Made by a program: the position numbers and the translations under genes. The notes below the pieces were generated by a model. That model ran no database searches and had not been told where the DNA came from. It was given only the letters and a program-made list of their open reading frames with translations. DNA of 64,000 bases from Aquificaceae bacterium. Its GTDB lineage: Bacteria; Aquificota; Aquificia; Aquificales; Aquificaceae. Shown piece by piece: positions 39,635 to 49,948 of this stretch (the stretch's first letter is position 1; each line of letters opens with the position of its first letter). The stretch covers positions 1 through 64,000 of the forward strand of contig JAXSMZ010000001.1 in the NCBI GenBank assembly GCA_037924335.1, written 5' to 3'.

Positions 39635-41667
39635 AACATATAAGAAACATTAACATAAAAAGTCCTTCCTGGCTCTGGCACTTTTACCCCACTCCTGAAG
39701 GGGTCTCTCTGGTATGATAGGTAATCGTAGTACTTCTTATCAAGCAGGTTGTCTATGCCAGCAGTTAGGTTAAGCCCTTTGTAACTTCCACCAACCTTTA
39801 TGTTCACTATACCGTATCCAGAGGTCTTCTGCTCTCTTAGGTCTCTGTCTACCCTGTCCTGAGTTGCGGAAAGGATCGTCTCTATCTCTCCAAAGTACAT
39901 ACTCCTATCGTACCTGAGGGCAAGCCTAGTCCTGAGGGGTGGGATCTCTGCAACCTTTGAGCTCGTTATATTCTTTTCTGGTTTTGTGTCCTTCTTAGCC
40001 TGAACATATGACAGTCCACCAAAGAAGAAAAGGCTATCCGTCAAAGAAAACCTCGAATCTAACTCTCCACCAAAGAACTGTGCGTTTACATTCTCATAAG
40101 AACGTGCATTGCTGTTCATAACATCCATAACGTTGTTCACCTTACTCTGGTTATGAACTGTTATGTAATCCTGTACATAGCTGTAGAAAACAGTTGCCTT
40201 TGTTAACACTTTTTTTGTTGAATACTTAGCACCAATGTCTAACTCTGTGTTCCTTGAGGGTTTTAGGTTAGGGTTTCCAACCCAATCACTGCCCATACGT
40301 TTCATGGCAAAGTACCTCTCTTGCGGGTCTGGAATTCTCACCGAGTGGCCAAGGCCTGCAAAGAATTCAATCCCTTTCGTTGGCTCGTAGAAGAACTGGA
40401 TATTACCAGAAGGGTATGTGTCCGTCTTTGACGTGCTCCTCGTGTTCTTGTAAGCGTAGTATAGGTCTGTGTTTGCTTTTGATGAATCTGCCTTTGTCTC
40501 TGCAGTGTCTAGCCTGATGCCTGCAACCAGCCTTGTCTTCTCAGACAGCATCCTTCTATACTCCCCATAAAGGCCAAGGCTTGTAGTATCCACATCTGGT
40601 ATTACAAACTGACCTTTAATATCGCTCATCATACGCATGTAGTTCGTTGCATCCCAGTTTCTCCTGTAAGCCTCTAATCCTACTTTAAAATCCTTTACTT
40701 GGGTTTCTAACCTTCCACCGTAGGTTTTTGTCTTTGCATCTGTAGCCATAGACCAGGGCATCATGCCTGAGCTTGTCCTGTAGCCATCATCCATCCAGTG
40801 GTCTACCTTTGTGTAATAAAATTGGAAATTCAGAGATTTCAAAAGGTCCGATATGTTATCTACATTGTAAGTGAAGTTTAACCTGTCAGTGTTATCGTAT
40901 TTGGCATCCATAGCAAGGTAAGGATATAGCACATCCTTGGCTTCTTGTCTCGTGTAAGAAAGCTCTAAGCTATGGTTTTCTAAGGGTTTTAGTCCAAACT
41001 TTGTCCAGTAAGTGTTTATCTCAAAAGCTTTCTTGTTTTGGAACTGAGGTTTGTAAAGGGGCTGTCCACTCGGACTGACCAACTCTGTGAACTTTTTACC
41101 ATCTCCGTCTTTGTAAGGTTTTGAGTATTTGTAAGAGTATCCTGCAAGTCCGTAAAACTTATCATCACCATAAGAGACAACTGGTGAAAGGTTTACGAAG
41201 TTAAAAGACCCTAAGCTTGCGTTTAGCTTTAAATGAAATCCCTTTTCCGGTCTTTTGGTAATTATGTTGACAAGTCCAGCCATAGAACCTTGGTGCTTTA
41301 CATCGAAGGGACCCTTTATAATGTCAATCTTTTCAACCTCTGAAAAATCCACATGGAAGGCTGGTGGGTCCATCCTGCCAGGGCATGCTCCGTATATCCT
41401 CTCTCCATCGATAAGAACGTTTATGTTGTCCCTGTAAAAGCCCCTTAGCACTATATCGTTGGCAATCCCACCCTTTCTTATCTTCCAGATGCCTTCAACC
41501 TTAGTTAGAGCTTCCCCCACATCCTTAGCAGAGCTTTCTCTTATCTCCCTCACGTCAAGACTCTCCTGAAGGTGCTCCCTTTTGGCTTTTACCTCGATCT
41601 CTTTGAGAAGAACCTCCTGAGCATAGCCCATAGAAACCAAAGCGCTCATCAGAACAACTAGCCTCAT
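39631..41667 (-). CDS. TonB-dependent receptor, OprC-like (copper)
   Basis: Plug motif CPGRMDPP, barrel HWM, Met-rich loops, C-terminal Phe. Confidence 0.85.
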   Translation of the reverse strand: MRLVVLMSALVSMGYAQEVLLKEIEVKAKREHLQESLDVREIRESSAKDVGEALTKVEGIWKIRKGGIANDIVLRGFYRDNINVLIDGERIYGACPGRMDPPAFHVDFSEVEKIDIIKGPFDVKHQGSMAGLVNIITKRPEKGFHLKLNASLGSFNFVNLSPVVSYGDDKFYGLAGYSYKYSKPYKDGDGKKFTELVSPSGQPLYKPQFQNKKAFEINTYWTKFGLKPLENHSLELSYTRQEAKDVLYPYLAMDAKYDNTDRLNFTYNVDNISDLLKSLNFQFYYTKVDHWMDDGYRTSSGMMPWSMATDAKTKTYGGRLETQVKDFKVGLEAYRRNWDATNYMRMMSDIKGQFVIPDVDTTSLGLYGEYRRMLSEKTRLVAGIRLDTAETKADSSKANTDLYYAYKNTRSTSKTDTYPSGNIQFFYEPTKGIEFFAGLGHSVRIPDPQERYFAMKRMGSDWVGNPNLKPSRNTELDIGAKYSTKKVLTKATVFYSYVQDYITVHNQSKVNNVMDVMNSNARSYENVNAQFFGGELDSRFSLTDSLFFFGGLSYVQAKKDTKPEKNITSSKVAEIPPLRTRLALRYDRSMYFGEIETILSATQDRVDRDLREQKTSGYGIVNIKVGGSYKGLNLTAGIDNLLDKKYYDYLSYQRDPFRSGVKVPEPGRTFYVNVSYMF

Positions 41668-41737
41668 AGTTTCACCTCCTTTTTATGTTCATATTAAGGT
41701 AATAATAACAGAAAATATGATAAAAGTCAAGAGAAAA

Positions 41738-42460
41738 TTACCACAGACCCATGTAAACTCTTCTCACCACATCTTCGGCGAGAAGGTCTTTAACATTCCC
41801 CTCTGACACAATGGTTCCTAAATCTAACACGTAACCCCTCTGACATAGCATGCTTGCAAGGTATATCTCCTGTTCTACTACGAGCAAGGAGACACCTTCT
41901 CTTTTACTAACATCCTTTAGAATTTCTCCCAACCTGTCTACTACCTTTGGTGAAAGACCCAAAGATAGCTCATCTATCATGAGCAGAGATGGATCAGACA
42001 TTATAGCCCTTCCTATGGATAGCATCCTCTGAAAGCCACCGGATAGCTCACCGGCCAATCTTCTCCTTACCTTTTCAAGCTCTGGAAAGAAGTGATAGAC
42101 CTTTTCTAGCCTCTCTTTGAACCCCCTCCTCTTTGTGTAAGCGCCCAGTGTCAAGTTATCTTCAACGCTCATGTCCAAAAAAAGGTTTTTTGTATCACTT
42201 GCCAAAGCTATACCAAGCTTTAGCCTCTCGTAGGAGCTCATCTCTGATACATCCTCATCGTTGAACCTTATGCTCCCCTTCCATGGACTGATCACGCCTG
42301 CTATTGTTTTTAAAAGAGTGCTCTTTCCAGAACCATTGGAACCAAAGATAACAACAGACTCTTCTCTGTGGACGGTTATGTTTATCTCATCAAGAACAGT
42401 AATATCACCGTATCCAACGCTCAGTCCATCAACCTTCAAAAGTGGGATGCCTTTCTCCAA
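41738..42460 (-). CDS. livF: LIV-type ABC ATPase LivF-like
   Basis: GSNGSGKS, LSGG, DELSLGLSP. Confidence 0.85.
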   Translation of the reverse strand: MEKGIPLLKVDGLSVGYGDITVLDEINITVHREESVVIFGSNGSGKSTLLKTIAGVISPWKGSIRFNDEDVSEMSSYERLKLGIALASDTKNLFLDMSVEDNLTLGAYTKRRGFKERLEKVYHFFPELEKVRRRLAGELSGGFQRMLSIGRAIMSDPSLLMIDELSLGLSPKVVDRLGEILKDVSKREGVSLLVVEQEIYLASMLCQRGYVLDLGTIVSEGNVKDLLAEDVVRRVYMGLW

Positions 42461-43148
42461 GGTATGCCCTCCTTACGCCTTCGTCCTCCAACATACCCTC
42501 AATGGACCCATCGTATATGACTCTCCCCTCGTGGAGAACTATAACCCTGTCTACCAAACCAAACATAGCTTTTAGTACATGCTCCACCATAAGGATGCTA
42601 ACCCCATCCTCTCTCAAACCTCTTAGCATGTTCCACATCTCTTTTACAGATGCTGGGTTCAGTCCTGCAAAAACCTCGTCAAGCAAAAGAAGGCTCGGTT
42701 TTAGCGCCATTGCTCTTGCCATCTCAAGCCTTTTTCTCTGAGCTAAAGAGAGTTCTCCCCCTTTTTTATCCCTTAATTCGTAGAGTCCTACCCTCTTTAA
42801 AATGTCCTCTGTGTCTGCTCCTTTTCCTGAATGGGTGCATGCCATTTGGACATTTTCCCACACGGTGAGACCTGAAAAAGGTTTAGGAATCTGAAAGGTC
42901 CTTCCTATGCCGAGCTTTGCCCTCCTGTACGGTGGTTCACTGCTTATGTCAACGTTTTTAAGGCGTATGTTTCCAGAGTCCTGCTTTGTTATTCCAGATA
43001 TTATGTTTATCAGTGTAGTTTTACCAGAGCCGTTTGGACCTATGATTCCAACAGCTTCCCCAATCCTTACGCTGAAGTTTACACTCTCCAGAACCTGATT
43101 CCCACCGTAGGATTTTCTTACGTTTATAACTTCCAACTCCTTTTCCAT
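42429..43148 (-). CDS. livG: LIV-type ABC ATPase LivG-like
   Basis: GPNGSGKT, RTFQ, LDEVFAGLN, VEH. Confidence 0.85.
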   Translation of the reverse strand: MEKELEVINVRKSYGGNQVLESVNFSVRIGEAVGIIGPNGSGKTTLINIISGITKQDSGNIRLKNVDISSEPPYRRAKLGIGRTFQIPKPFSGLTVWENVQMACTHSGKGADTEDILKRVGLYELRDKKGGELSLAQRKRLEMARAMALKPSLLLLDEVFAGLNPASVKEMWNMLRGLREDGVSILMVEHVLKAMFGLVDRVIVLHEGRVIYDGSIEGMLEDEGVRRAYLGERHPTFEG

Positions 43149-44023
43149 GCAAGTCCTCTTGGGAAGAGCAGTATAAGGACAACTATGGCTAATCCTAAGA
43201 GCAAACCATGGAGTAGTAAAAATTTACTCCAGAGAAGCTCAAAGGTCATCTCAAAGATCCAAGACCAGAGAAGGGGACCAAACAAAGGTGCAGACATAGA
43301 GAGTGTTAACACAAAAAAGGTTTTTACTGATAGCATGGGATCAAAAAGAGTTGGAGCATCCACATAAGCGTTCCAAAAGGAGAAAACTCCCCCGAGCAGT
43401 CCAAGGAAGAAGGCCATGCTCATAAAGGCAAGGGATTTGTATGCCATGGTGTTTACTCCTACGCTTAGAGAGGTCGTCTCATCCTCCTTTATGGCTTTCA
43501 TTGTAAGGCCAAAGTTTGAAATCTCAAGAAATAAGGTAAAAGTCAAAAGGGTCAAAAGTATAAAAAGGAAGGCATAGAAAGATATAAGGTTAGACTGCTG
43601 TGTCAGTTTAAAGACTATACCCTTTGTACCTCCTGTTATATCAAGGTTTTCCGCAAGCTCCATAAAAGAAAGTTGGAGTGCCAGAGTTGCTATGGCAAAG
43701 TAGTGGCTTTTTAGCCTCATGACTGCTGGAGAGACAGAAAGGGAAAGAAGAAGGGAAGAGAACCCTCCCAAAAGCAGGGATAAGAAGAAAGGATAAGAAA
43801 GGTTCGCATAAAGCACTGAGAAGACATAGGCACCAAAACCAAAAAAGGCTATACCACCAAAGGCTGGATAGCCAAGAAAATAGAAAAGCAGGTTATGGGA
43901 GTAAGAAAGGCAAGAGAGAAAAAGGGTTGAGATGATTACACGAAGCCAGTATGGACTGAGAAGGCTTGGGAGGAAAAAAAGAAGGCACAGCCCAGCTAAA
44001 AGGATTAAATCACGCTTTTTCAT
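43124..44023 (-). CDS. livM: LIV-type ABC permease LivM-like
   Basis: RLKSHYFAIATL, TGG..G, FPRGL. Confidence 0.8.
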   Translation of the reverse strand: MKKRDLILLAGLCLLFFLPSLLSPYWLRVIISTLFLSCLSYSHNLLFYFLGYPAFGGIAFFGFGAYVFSVLYANLSYPFFLSLLLGGFSSLLLSLSVSPAVMRLKSHYFAIATLALQLSFMELAENLDITGGTKGIVFKLTQQSNLISFYAFLFILLTLLTFTLFLEISNFGLTMKAIKEDETTSLSVGVNTMAYKSLAFMSMAFFLGLLGGVFSFWNAYVDAPTLFDPMLSVKTFFVLTLSMSAPLFGPLLWSWIFEMTFELLWSKFLLLHGLLLGLAIVVLILLFPRGLAWKRSWKL

Positions 44024-44882
44024 GGTACTTTATTCCAAAAAGTCCCCTTGGTCTTACTGCAAGGAAGAGGATAAGGAGAAATAGGGACACAACATTTTTC
44101 CACTCTTCACCCATGTAAAAGCCAGAGAAGACTTCAAATATGGAGAGAAGAAAGCTACCAAAGGCAAGCCCGCTAACGCTCCCAAGCCCGCTTATAACAC
44201 ATACAAGGAAGGCCTTTATTGTTAATCCTCCAGAGTCAAAGGGAGTAAAGCCCTGAAGCATGGCGTAAAAACTTCCAGAAAAAAGGGCTAAACCAGTAGC
44301 TACTCCAGTGCTAAGAGTGTAAACCCTTTTGGGATTTATTCCGCAGAGCTTTGCTCCAACAGAGTCCATGGAAACTGCCCTTATAGCCCTTCCTATCCAA
44401 GAAAGCTTTAAAAAAATGTAGAGGGTTAAAACAGAGAGAGTGGACAGGATAAAAACCAGAACCTTGTTGGCTGGCAAGAGAAGAACTCCCAAGGTTAAAG
44501 AATAGCTTTCAAAGGAAAGGCTTATTGACCTAATGTCTGCCTTGAAAAGAAGGTTAAGAAGGTTTGTTATGACTATATCAAGTCCAAAGGTCAGGACAAG
44601 TACAGTGAAAGGTTCATAGTCCATGAGCTTGTTAATAAGAAGTGTTTGGAGCAAAAGACCCAAAAGCATGCCAACGAAGAAAACCAAGGGAAGTGAAACA
44701 AAAAGGCTCACCTCTTTATGGTAAAGAGCATAAGCCATGTAGGCTCCAGTGAGAATAAGAGAGCCGTAAGCTAAGTTTATTATGCCCGTTACACCCCACA
44801 TCAGTGAAAAACCAGCAGATAGGAGAGTGTAAAAACCGGAGAGCAAGATAGCATCCAAAATAAGCTGAAAAACTATTTCCAT
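44010..44882 (-). CDS. livH: LIV-type ABC permease LivH-like
   Basis: GVTGIINLAYG, GRAIRAV, RPRGLFG. Confidence 0.85.
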   Translation of the reverse strand: MEIVFQLILDAILLSGFYTLLSAGFSLMWGVTGIINLAYGSLILTGAYMAYALYHKEVSLFVSLPLVFFVGMLLGLLLQTLLINKLMDYEPFTVLVLTFGLDIVITNLLNLLFKADIRSISLSFESYSLTLGVLLLPANKVLVFILSTLSVLTLYIFLKLSWIGRAIRAVSMDSVGAKLCGINPKRVYTLSTGVATGLALFSGSFYAMLQGFTPFDSGGLTIKAFLVCVISGLGSVSGLAFGSFLLSIFEVFSGFYMGEEWKNVVSLFLLILFLAVRPRGLFGIKYHEKA

Positions 44883-46048
44883 GAGGGTTTTGGATATATG
44901 GGGCTCGATTCCCTTACTGGATAGATGGTTGTCTGCCTGCCATTCTGTATCTGGATGATAGCCATAGGTTTGGTTATGACTTTTCCAGTTGAATCAAACC
45001 CCAAAACACCGAAGAGTGTCTCCACTTTGTTTTTACTCAAAGCCTCCCTTATCTTTGAGACTTCAAGGCTTTTTGCAGTCTCTATGGCTATTTGGAAAAC
45101 TAAGCCTGCGGCAACAGCACCAGCTACATGATACTCAGGTTCCACTTTAAACCTCTCTCTGTAAAGCTTTACAAACTCTTTAGTGCTTCCAAACAATGGG
45201 TCTTTGTAATTTAAAGCTGAACTCCACTGCACTGGTCCAAATATGCCCTCCGCATCCTCTCCAAGAGACTGGACAAAGGCAGGCAATGCAGGACCAACGG
45301 TAAGCCCAAGGAACTTAGGATTTATTCTAAACTGCTTGAGCTGCTTTACCAAAAGTACAGAGTCGGCAAAATGACCAGAGCCTATGATAATATCAGGCTT
45401 CAGTAATCTGACCTTTTGCATTAGGCTCGAAAGGTCCTTTGTCTCTTTTGGGTAACCTTCGTAAAGAACAACCTTCAGACCTTTTCTTTTGGAGTGATCT
45501 AGTGCACCGTAAGCTGCATCCTCAGAGAATATGTCCTTCTCATAAACTATAGCCACTGTCCTTAGGTTTTTATCAAGCACTGTGGCAAGCTCCACAAGGT
45601 CCTTTCCATAGTTTGGTGCTGTAGTGTAAAGCCCAAATATGTTTCTGTAGCCCTTCGTGTATATATCGCTGGAAGCACCACCAGCTTGAACCATAATGGC
45701 TCCGTACTTTTCCACTATGGGAGCTGCAGCAAAAACTTGAGCGCTTCCGTATGGTCCCAAGATCAGCTTTATTTGGTCTTGAATTATCAACCTCTCTATT
45801 AGCCTTGCAGTTGTTGTGGGATCACTCTGGTCATCGTAATAGACAATGTCAATCTTATAAAGTTTGTTCCCTACCTTTATCCCCCCCTGTGCGTTGATTT
45901 TTTCCCTCCAAAGCTCATAGCCTTGTTTCAGGAGCTGACCTTCCTTTGCGAGCTTACCCGTAAGAGAGACTGCAGCACCAAACCTTATAACATCCTGAGC
46001 GTTACAAAAAAACAGGAGAGTTAAAAGTAGAACAAGCAGTGCCCTCAT
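44873..46048 (-). CDS. LIV-type ABC substrate-binding protein
   Basis: SLTG, INAQGGI, DDQSD, LGPYGS. Confidence 0.85.
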   Translation of the reverse strand: MRALLVLLLTLLFFCNAQDVIRFGAAVSLTGKLAKEGQLLKQGYELWREKINAQGGIKVGNKLYKIDIVYYDDQSDPTTTARLIERLIIQDQIKLILGPYGSAQVFAAAPIVEKYGAIMVQAGGASSDIYTKGYRNIFGLYTTAPNYGKDLVELATVLDKNLRTVAIVYEKDIFSEDAAYGALDHSKRKGLKVVLYEGYPKETKDLSSLMQKVRLLKPDIIIGSGHFADSVLLVKQLKQFRINPKFLGLTVGPALPAFVQSLGEDAEGIFGPVQWSSALNYKDPLFGSTKEFVKLYRERFKVEPEYHVAGAVAAGLVFQIAIETAKSLEVSKIREALSKNKVETLFGVLGFDSTGKVITKPMAIIQIQNGRQTTIYPVRESSPIYPKPSWK

Positions 46049-46067
46049 ACTTTAAATTATAAGCTCT

Positions 46068-47291
46068 TTATGTTATGTTCAAAACATCGTAAAAACTAAC
46101 CTTCTTTTGCTCACCAGTATGCATGTTCTTTATTGTCACATAACCGCTCACCTTTTCATCCTCACCTACTATGACGGCATAATCTGCCCTCATCCTATTT
46201 GCCAGTTCCATCTGCTTCTTAAGCCCGTTCCTTTTGTAAGAGAGCTCCACTCTCTTGCCCTTTTCTCTTAGCTTTTTGGCAACTTCAAAAGCATAATCCA
46301 TAACGTTCCCAAAGGGGATGACAAAGTAAAGGGGTTCTTCTGGTAAACTTTCCCCTACAAGCATAGAGAGCCTCTCTACACCAACTGCAAAACCCATAGC
46401 TGGTACAGATGGTCCTCCCATATCCTCAACTAGGTAGTCGTACCTCCCTCCAGCCACGACTGCTATACCAAGCTCATGTGATACAGCCTCAAAAACCGTC
46501 TTAGTGTAGTAATCAAGCCCCCTTACTAAATTATGGTTCTCCTTGTAAGGTATGGAAAGCATGCTTAAATATTCCTTCAACGTTTGATAATGCCCTTTGC
46601 AATCGTCACACAGAAAATCAACCATCTTTGGTGCTTCCCTTACAGCCTCCTTACAAGTCTCCACTTTACAATCAAGAACGCGCAATGGGTTTTTATCCAT
46701 TCTATCTATGCAGATATCGCAGAGATGTCCAGCAACATGGTTAAGGTACTCAACGAGAGCTTCTCTGTATATGGGTCTACAGACCCTACATCCTATGGAG
46801 TTTATCTCTATGGTAGAGTTTATACCAAGCTCTTCCAGTATGGTGTAAACTATCTGTATCATCTCCGAATCTACTACTGGGTCTATGCTTCCAAAGACTT
46901 CGGCACCTATCTGATGGAACTGCCTGTATCTGCCTGCCTGAGGTCTTTCGTACCTGAACATGGGACCCTCATAAAAAACCTTAAGGTATGGCTTCATAGC
47001 GTACAGTTTGTTTTGTATTAAAGCTCTTACCGCTCCAGCAGTACCTTCTGGTCTCAGAGCTAACCACCTTCCCTTTCTGTCTTGGAAGGAAAACATCTCC
47101 TTCTGAACTATGTCAGTTGCTTCCCCTATGCTCCTTTGAAACACTTCAATGTACTCAACCACTGGCAGTATGACCTCTTCAAAGTTATAGGTCTTTAAAA
47201 CTCTTCTGATGGTTTCTCCAATGTGGACGAACTTCTTTGCCTCTTTTCCAAATATGTCATGAAAACCTCTAACGCTTTGAAATTCTTCCAT
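46068..47291 (-). CDS. hisS: Histidyl-tRNA synthetase
   Basis: LRPEGTA, RYERPQAGRYRQF, RGLDYY, GGRYD. Confidence 0.98.
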   Translation of the reverse strand: MEEFQSVRGFHDIFGKEAKKFVHIGETIRRVLKTYNFEEVILPVVEYIEVFQRSIGEATDIVQKEMFSFQDRKGRWLALRPEGTAGAVRALIQNKLYAMKPYLKVFYEGPMFRYERPQAGRYRQFHQIGAEVFGSIDPVVDSEMIQIVYTILEELGINSTIEINSIGCRVCRPIYREALVEYLNHVAGHLCDICIDRMDKNPLRVLDCKVETCKEAVREAPKMVDFLCDDCKGHYQTLKEYLSMLSIPYKENHNLVRGLDYYTKTVFEAVSHELGIAVVAGGRYDYLVEDMGGPSVPAMGFAVGVERLSMLVGESLPEEPLYFVIPFGNVMDYAFEVAKKLREKGKRVELSYKRNGLKKQMELANRMRADYAVIVGEDEKVSGYVTIKNMHTGEQKKVSFYDVLNIT

Positions 47292-47316
47292 AAGGGATAA
47301 AATTATAACCTTTGAT

Positions 47317-48621
47317 ATGCAAACGGTAACAGTTATAGGTGGAGGACTCGCCGGCTCAGAGGCTGCTTACAGGATAGCTAAGGAGGGCATAAAGGTCATT
47401 CTGTACGAGATGAGGCCAAAAAGACAAAGCCCAGCACACAAAACGGATAGGCTTGCGGAGCTTGTCTGCAGCAACACCTTGGGAAGCATGGATGTAAGCA
47501 CAGCCTCTGGGCTCTTAAAGATGGAGATGGAGATGCTCGGCTCTTTGGTAGTTGAGGCTGGAAGGTATGCCTACGTTCCGGCTGGTTCTGCCCTGGCGGT
47601 AGACAGAAACATCTTCTCTGATTACATAACTCAAAGGATAATCTCCCATCCAAACATAGAGGTTCATAGGGAGGAGGTTAAGAAAGTTCCAAGGGATGGT
47701 GTTATCATAGTTTCCTCTGGCCCCTTGACGTCTCCAGACCTTGAGATGGATATAAAGGAGCTCGTTGGCTTTGACTACCTTCACTTCTACGATGCTCTAT
47801 CACCCATAGTGGAAGCAGAAAGTGTAGATTACACAAAAGGCTTTTGGGCATCAAGGTATGGAAAGGGTGAGAATGACTACTTTAACTGCGTTCTTACAGA
47901 AGAAGATTATAGGCTATTCTATGAGGAGCTAATAAAAGCTGAGCAAGTAAAACCCAAAGACTTTGAAAAGGCTCTCTACTTCGAAGGGTGTATGCCCATA
48001 GAAGAGATGGCCTCGAGGGGTTACAAAACCTTACTCTTTGGTCCTATGAGACCAGTAGGTTTATCCAATCAAGAAGGAAAACCCTTCGCAGTCCTTCAGC
48101 TAAGAAAAGAAAACAGAGAAGGAACTCTGCTTTCTCTGGTAGGCTTTCAGACAAGAATGACCCACAGAGAGCAGAAAAGAGTCCTTAGACTGATACCTTG
48201 TCTTAGGAATGCGGTTTTTGTAAGGCTTGGCTCCATGCACAGAAACACCTTTATACAATCCAACAGGGTTCTAACCCCTTCTCTGAACATGAGAAAGTAC
48301 GAAAACATATTCTTTGCAGGTCAGATAACGGGGGTTGAAGGGTACGTTGCTTCGGCAGCAACTGGAATACTTGCAGGTATGAACGCTTCAAGGCTGATAA
48401 AAGGGAAGAAAACAGTAGCACTGCCAAAGGAGACTATGCTTGGTTCTTTGGTGAGGTACATAACCAGCAAAGATGGGACGCTTCAACCAATGGGTCCAGT
48501 TATGGGTCTTTTGCCGCCGCTTGGCTTAAAAGTAAAAGACAAGTATGAAAGAAAGAGGCTTTTATCCGAAAGAGCCTTAAAAGCACTAAGGCTATTTCTT
48601 GAAAAGGAGATTGATCAGTAA
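47317..48621 (+). CDS. trmFO: Folate/FAD-dependent tRNA U54 methyltransferase
   Basis: GGGLAGSEAA, AELVCSN, FEGCMP, HRNTF, AGQITGVEGY. Confidence 0.97.
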   Translation: MQTVTVIGGGLAGSEAAYRIAKEGIKVILYEMRPKRQSPAHKTDRLAELVCSNTLGSMDVSTASGLLKMEMEMLGSLVVEAGRYAYVPAGSALAVDRNIFSDYITQRIISHPNIEVHREEVKKVPRDGVIIVSSGPLTSPDLEMDIKELVGFDYLHFYDALSPIVEAESVDYTKGFWASRYGKGENDYFNCVLTEEDYRLFYEELIKAEQVKPKDFEKALYFEGCMPIEEMASRGYKTLLFGPMRPVGLSNQEGKPFAVLQLRKENREGTLLSLVGFQTRMTHREQKRVLRLIPCLRNAVFVRLGSMHRNTFIQSNRVLTPSLNMRKYENIFFAGQITGVEGYVASAATGILAGMNASRLIKGKKTVALPKETMLGSLVRYITSKDGTLQPMGPVMGLLPPLGLKVKDKYERKRLLSERALKALRLFLEKEIDQ

Positions 48622-48813
48622 TGTAAGTATCAAACTCAAAAGTATGGAAGTGGCTATGGGAAAGTACAGAACAAAGTTATCTCTCTTTATGACTATATCT
48701 CCCGGCAGCTTTCCAATTGCAAAAGGTAGCTTTGGGAAGACCATCATCAAAAGTCCAAGAACTACCAAAATAGAGCCAGCAAGTAACAAAAGCTTACCCA
48801 ACTGTTCCATCAT
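48592..48813 (-). CDS. DUF2905 small membrane protein
   Basis: GKLPGDI...YFPIATSILLS. Confidence 0.85.
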   Translation of the reverse strand: MMEQLGKLLLLAGSILVVLGLLMMVFPKLPFAIGKLPGDIVIKRDNFVLYFPIATSILLSLILTLLINLLFKK

Positions 48814-49948
48814 AGGAATAAGCTTCCACTCTGAGCGTTGGGTCTGGTTTTTTGCCAGTTAGTATATGGATGAGCTCCTTTACTGATACTATGCCCTGTC
48901 TTTTTAGCATGTGCCCGTTTGCGCCGCTTATAAATATACCCTCTTCGTAGTTTCCAAGCCATGCAGCACCGAGCCTATCAGCTATACAAAAACCAACCTT
49001 TTTGGCCTCCTCCCCTTTATTACAGGGTACTATGCAATTAGAAACACACCCGTTCCATCCATTGTATCCTGAAAGCAACCTTTCCACAAAGGGAGTCTTT
49101 ACAACCCTCAGCGGATAACCTACGGGAGACTTAAGAAGTATTATATCCTCCTCGTTGGCATTTAGCAACGTCTCCTTGTATATGAGGGGTGCATCACACT
49201 CGTAAGTTGCTATAAACCTTGTGGCTATCTGAACCCCAGCAGCTCCTCCTCCCATGTAATACTTTATGTCCTCATAACTCCAAACACCACCGGCAACTAT
49301 GACCGGTATGCTACCCCACCTTCTTGCCTCTTCGAGAACTGAGGGGAACAAGTTTTCAAGTTGGTATTCATCCATAAAACACTCTTCGTACTTAAAACCC
49401 TGATGTCCTCCAGACTTGGGACCTTCAAGGACCACAGCATCAGGAAGCCTTTTGTACTTCTTTTCCCATGACCTGCATATGAGGTTAAGAGCTCTGGCGG
49501 ATGAGACTATTGGCACAAGAGCAACGTCAGAGTCTCCCACGTACTCTGGTAGCCTCATGGGCAAGCCAGCCCCAGATATGATAAGATCAGCTCCAGCTTC
49601 CACAGCGTCAGATGCAACCCTCCCATAGTCTGTTATGGCACAGAGAATGTTAACACCTATAAGACCCTTACCCTGTGATATTCTTTTGGCTTCCTGTATG
49701 ATCTTAGTGAGAGCTTCTTTGCTGTGTGTATGTATGGAACCTATGGGTCTTCCAAACTTGTCCCTCTTTACCATGTTGGGATATCTGTAACCCGTCCCAA
49801 CTGAAGATACAACTCCAACTGCTCCTTCTCTTGCAACGGCACCGGCAAGCTTCTCCCAAGATATGCCAACTCCCATACCTCCTTGGATGATAGGTACTTG
49901 AGCCCTCTTCTTTCCTAATGTTAAGCTTGGTAAAATCATACTGTTCAT
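48794..49948 (-). CDS. FabX-like FMN/[4Fe-4S] acyl-ACP oxidase-isomerase (nitronate monooxygenase family)
   Basis: QGGMGVGISW, EGPKSGGHQG, CVSNCIVPC...FCIAD. Confidence 0.8.
   Translation of the reverse strand: MNSMILPSLTLGKKRAQVPIIQGGMGVGISWEKLAGAVAREGAVGVVSSVGTGYRYPNMVKRDKFGRPIGSIHTHSKEALTKIIQEAKRISQGKGLIGVNILCAITDYGRVASDAVEAGADLIISGAGLPMRLPEYVGDSDVALVPIVSSARALNLICRSWEKKYKRLPDAVVLEGPKSGGHQGFKYEECFMDEYQLENLFPSVLEEARRWGSIPVIVAGGVWSYEDIKYYMGGGAAGVQIATRFIATYECDAPLIYKETLLNANEEDIILLKSPVGYPLRVVKTPFVERLLSGYNGWNGCVSNCIVPCNKGEEAKKVGFCIADRLGAAWLGNYEEGIFISGANGHMLKRQGIVSVKELIHILTGKKPDPTLRVEAYSYDGTVG

Noticed and set aside
47494..47501. 8-nt match (GTAAGCAC) in trmFO to the putative guide of repeat copy 1
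   Set aside because: Expected by chance in 64 kb.
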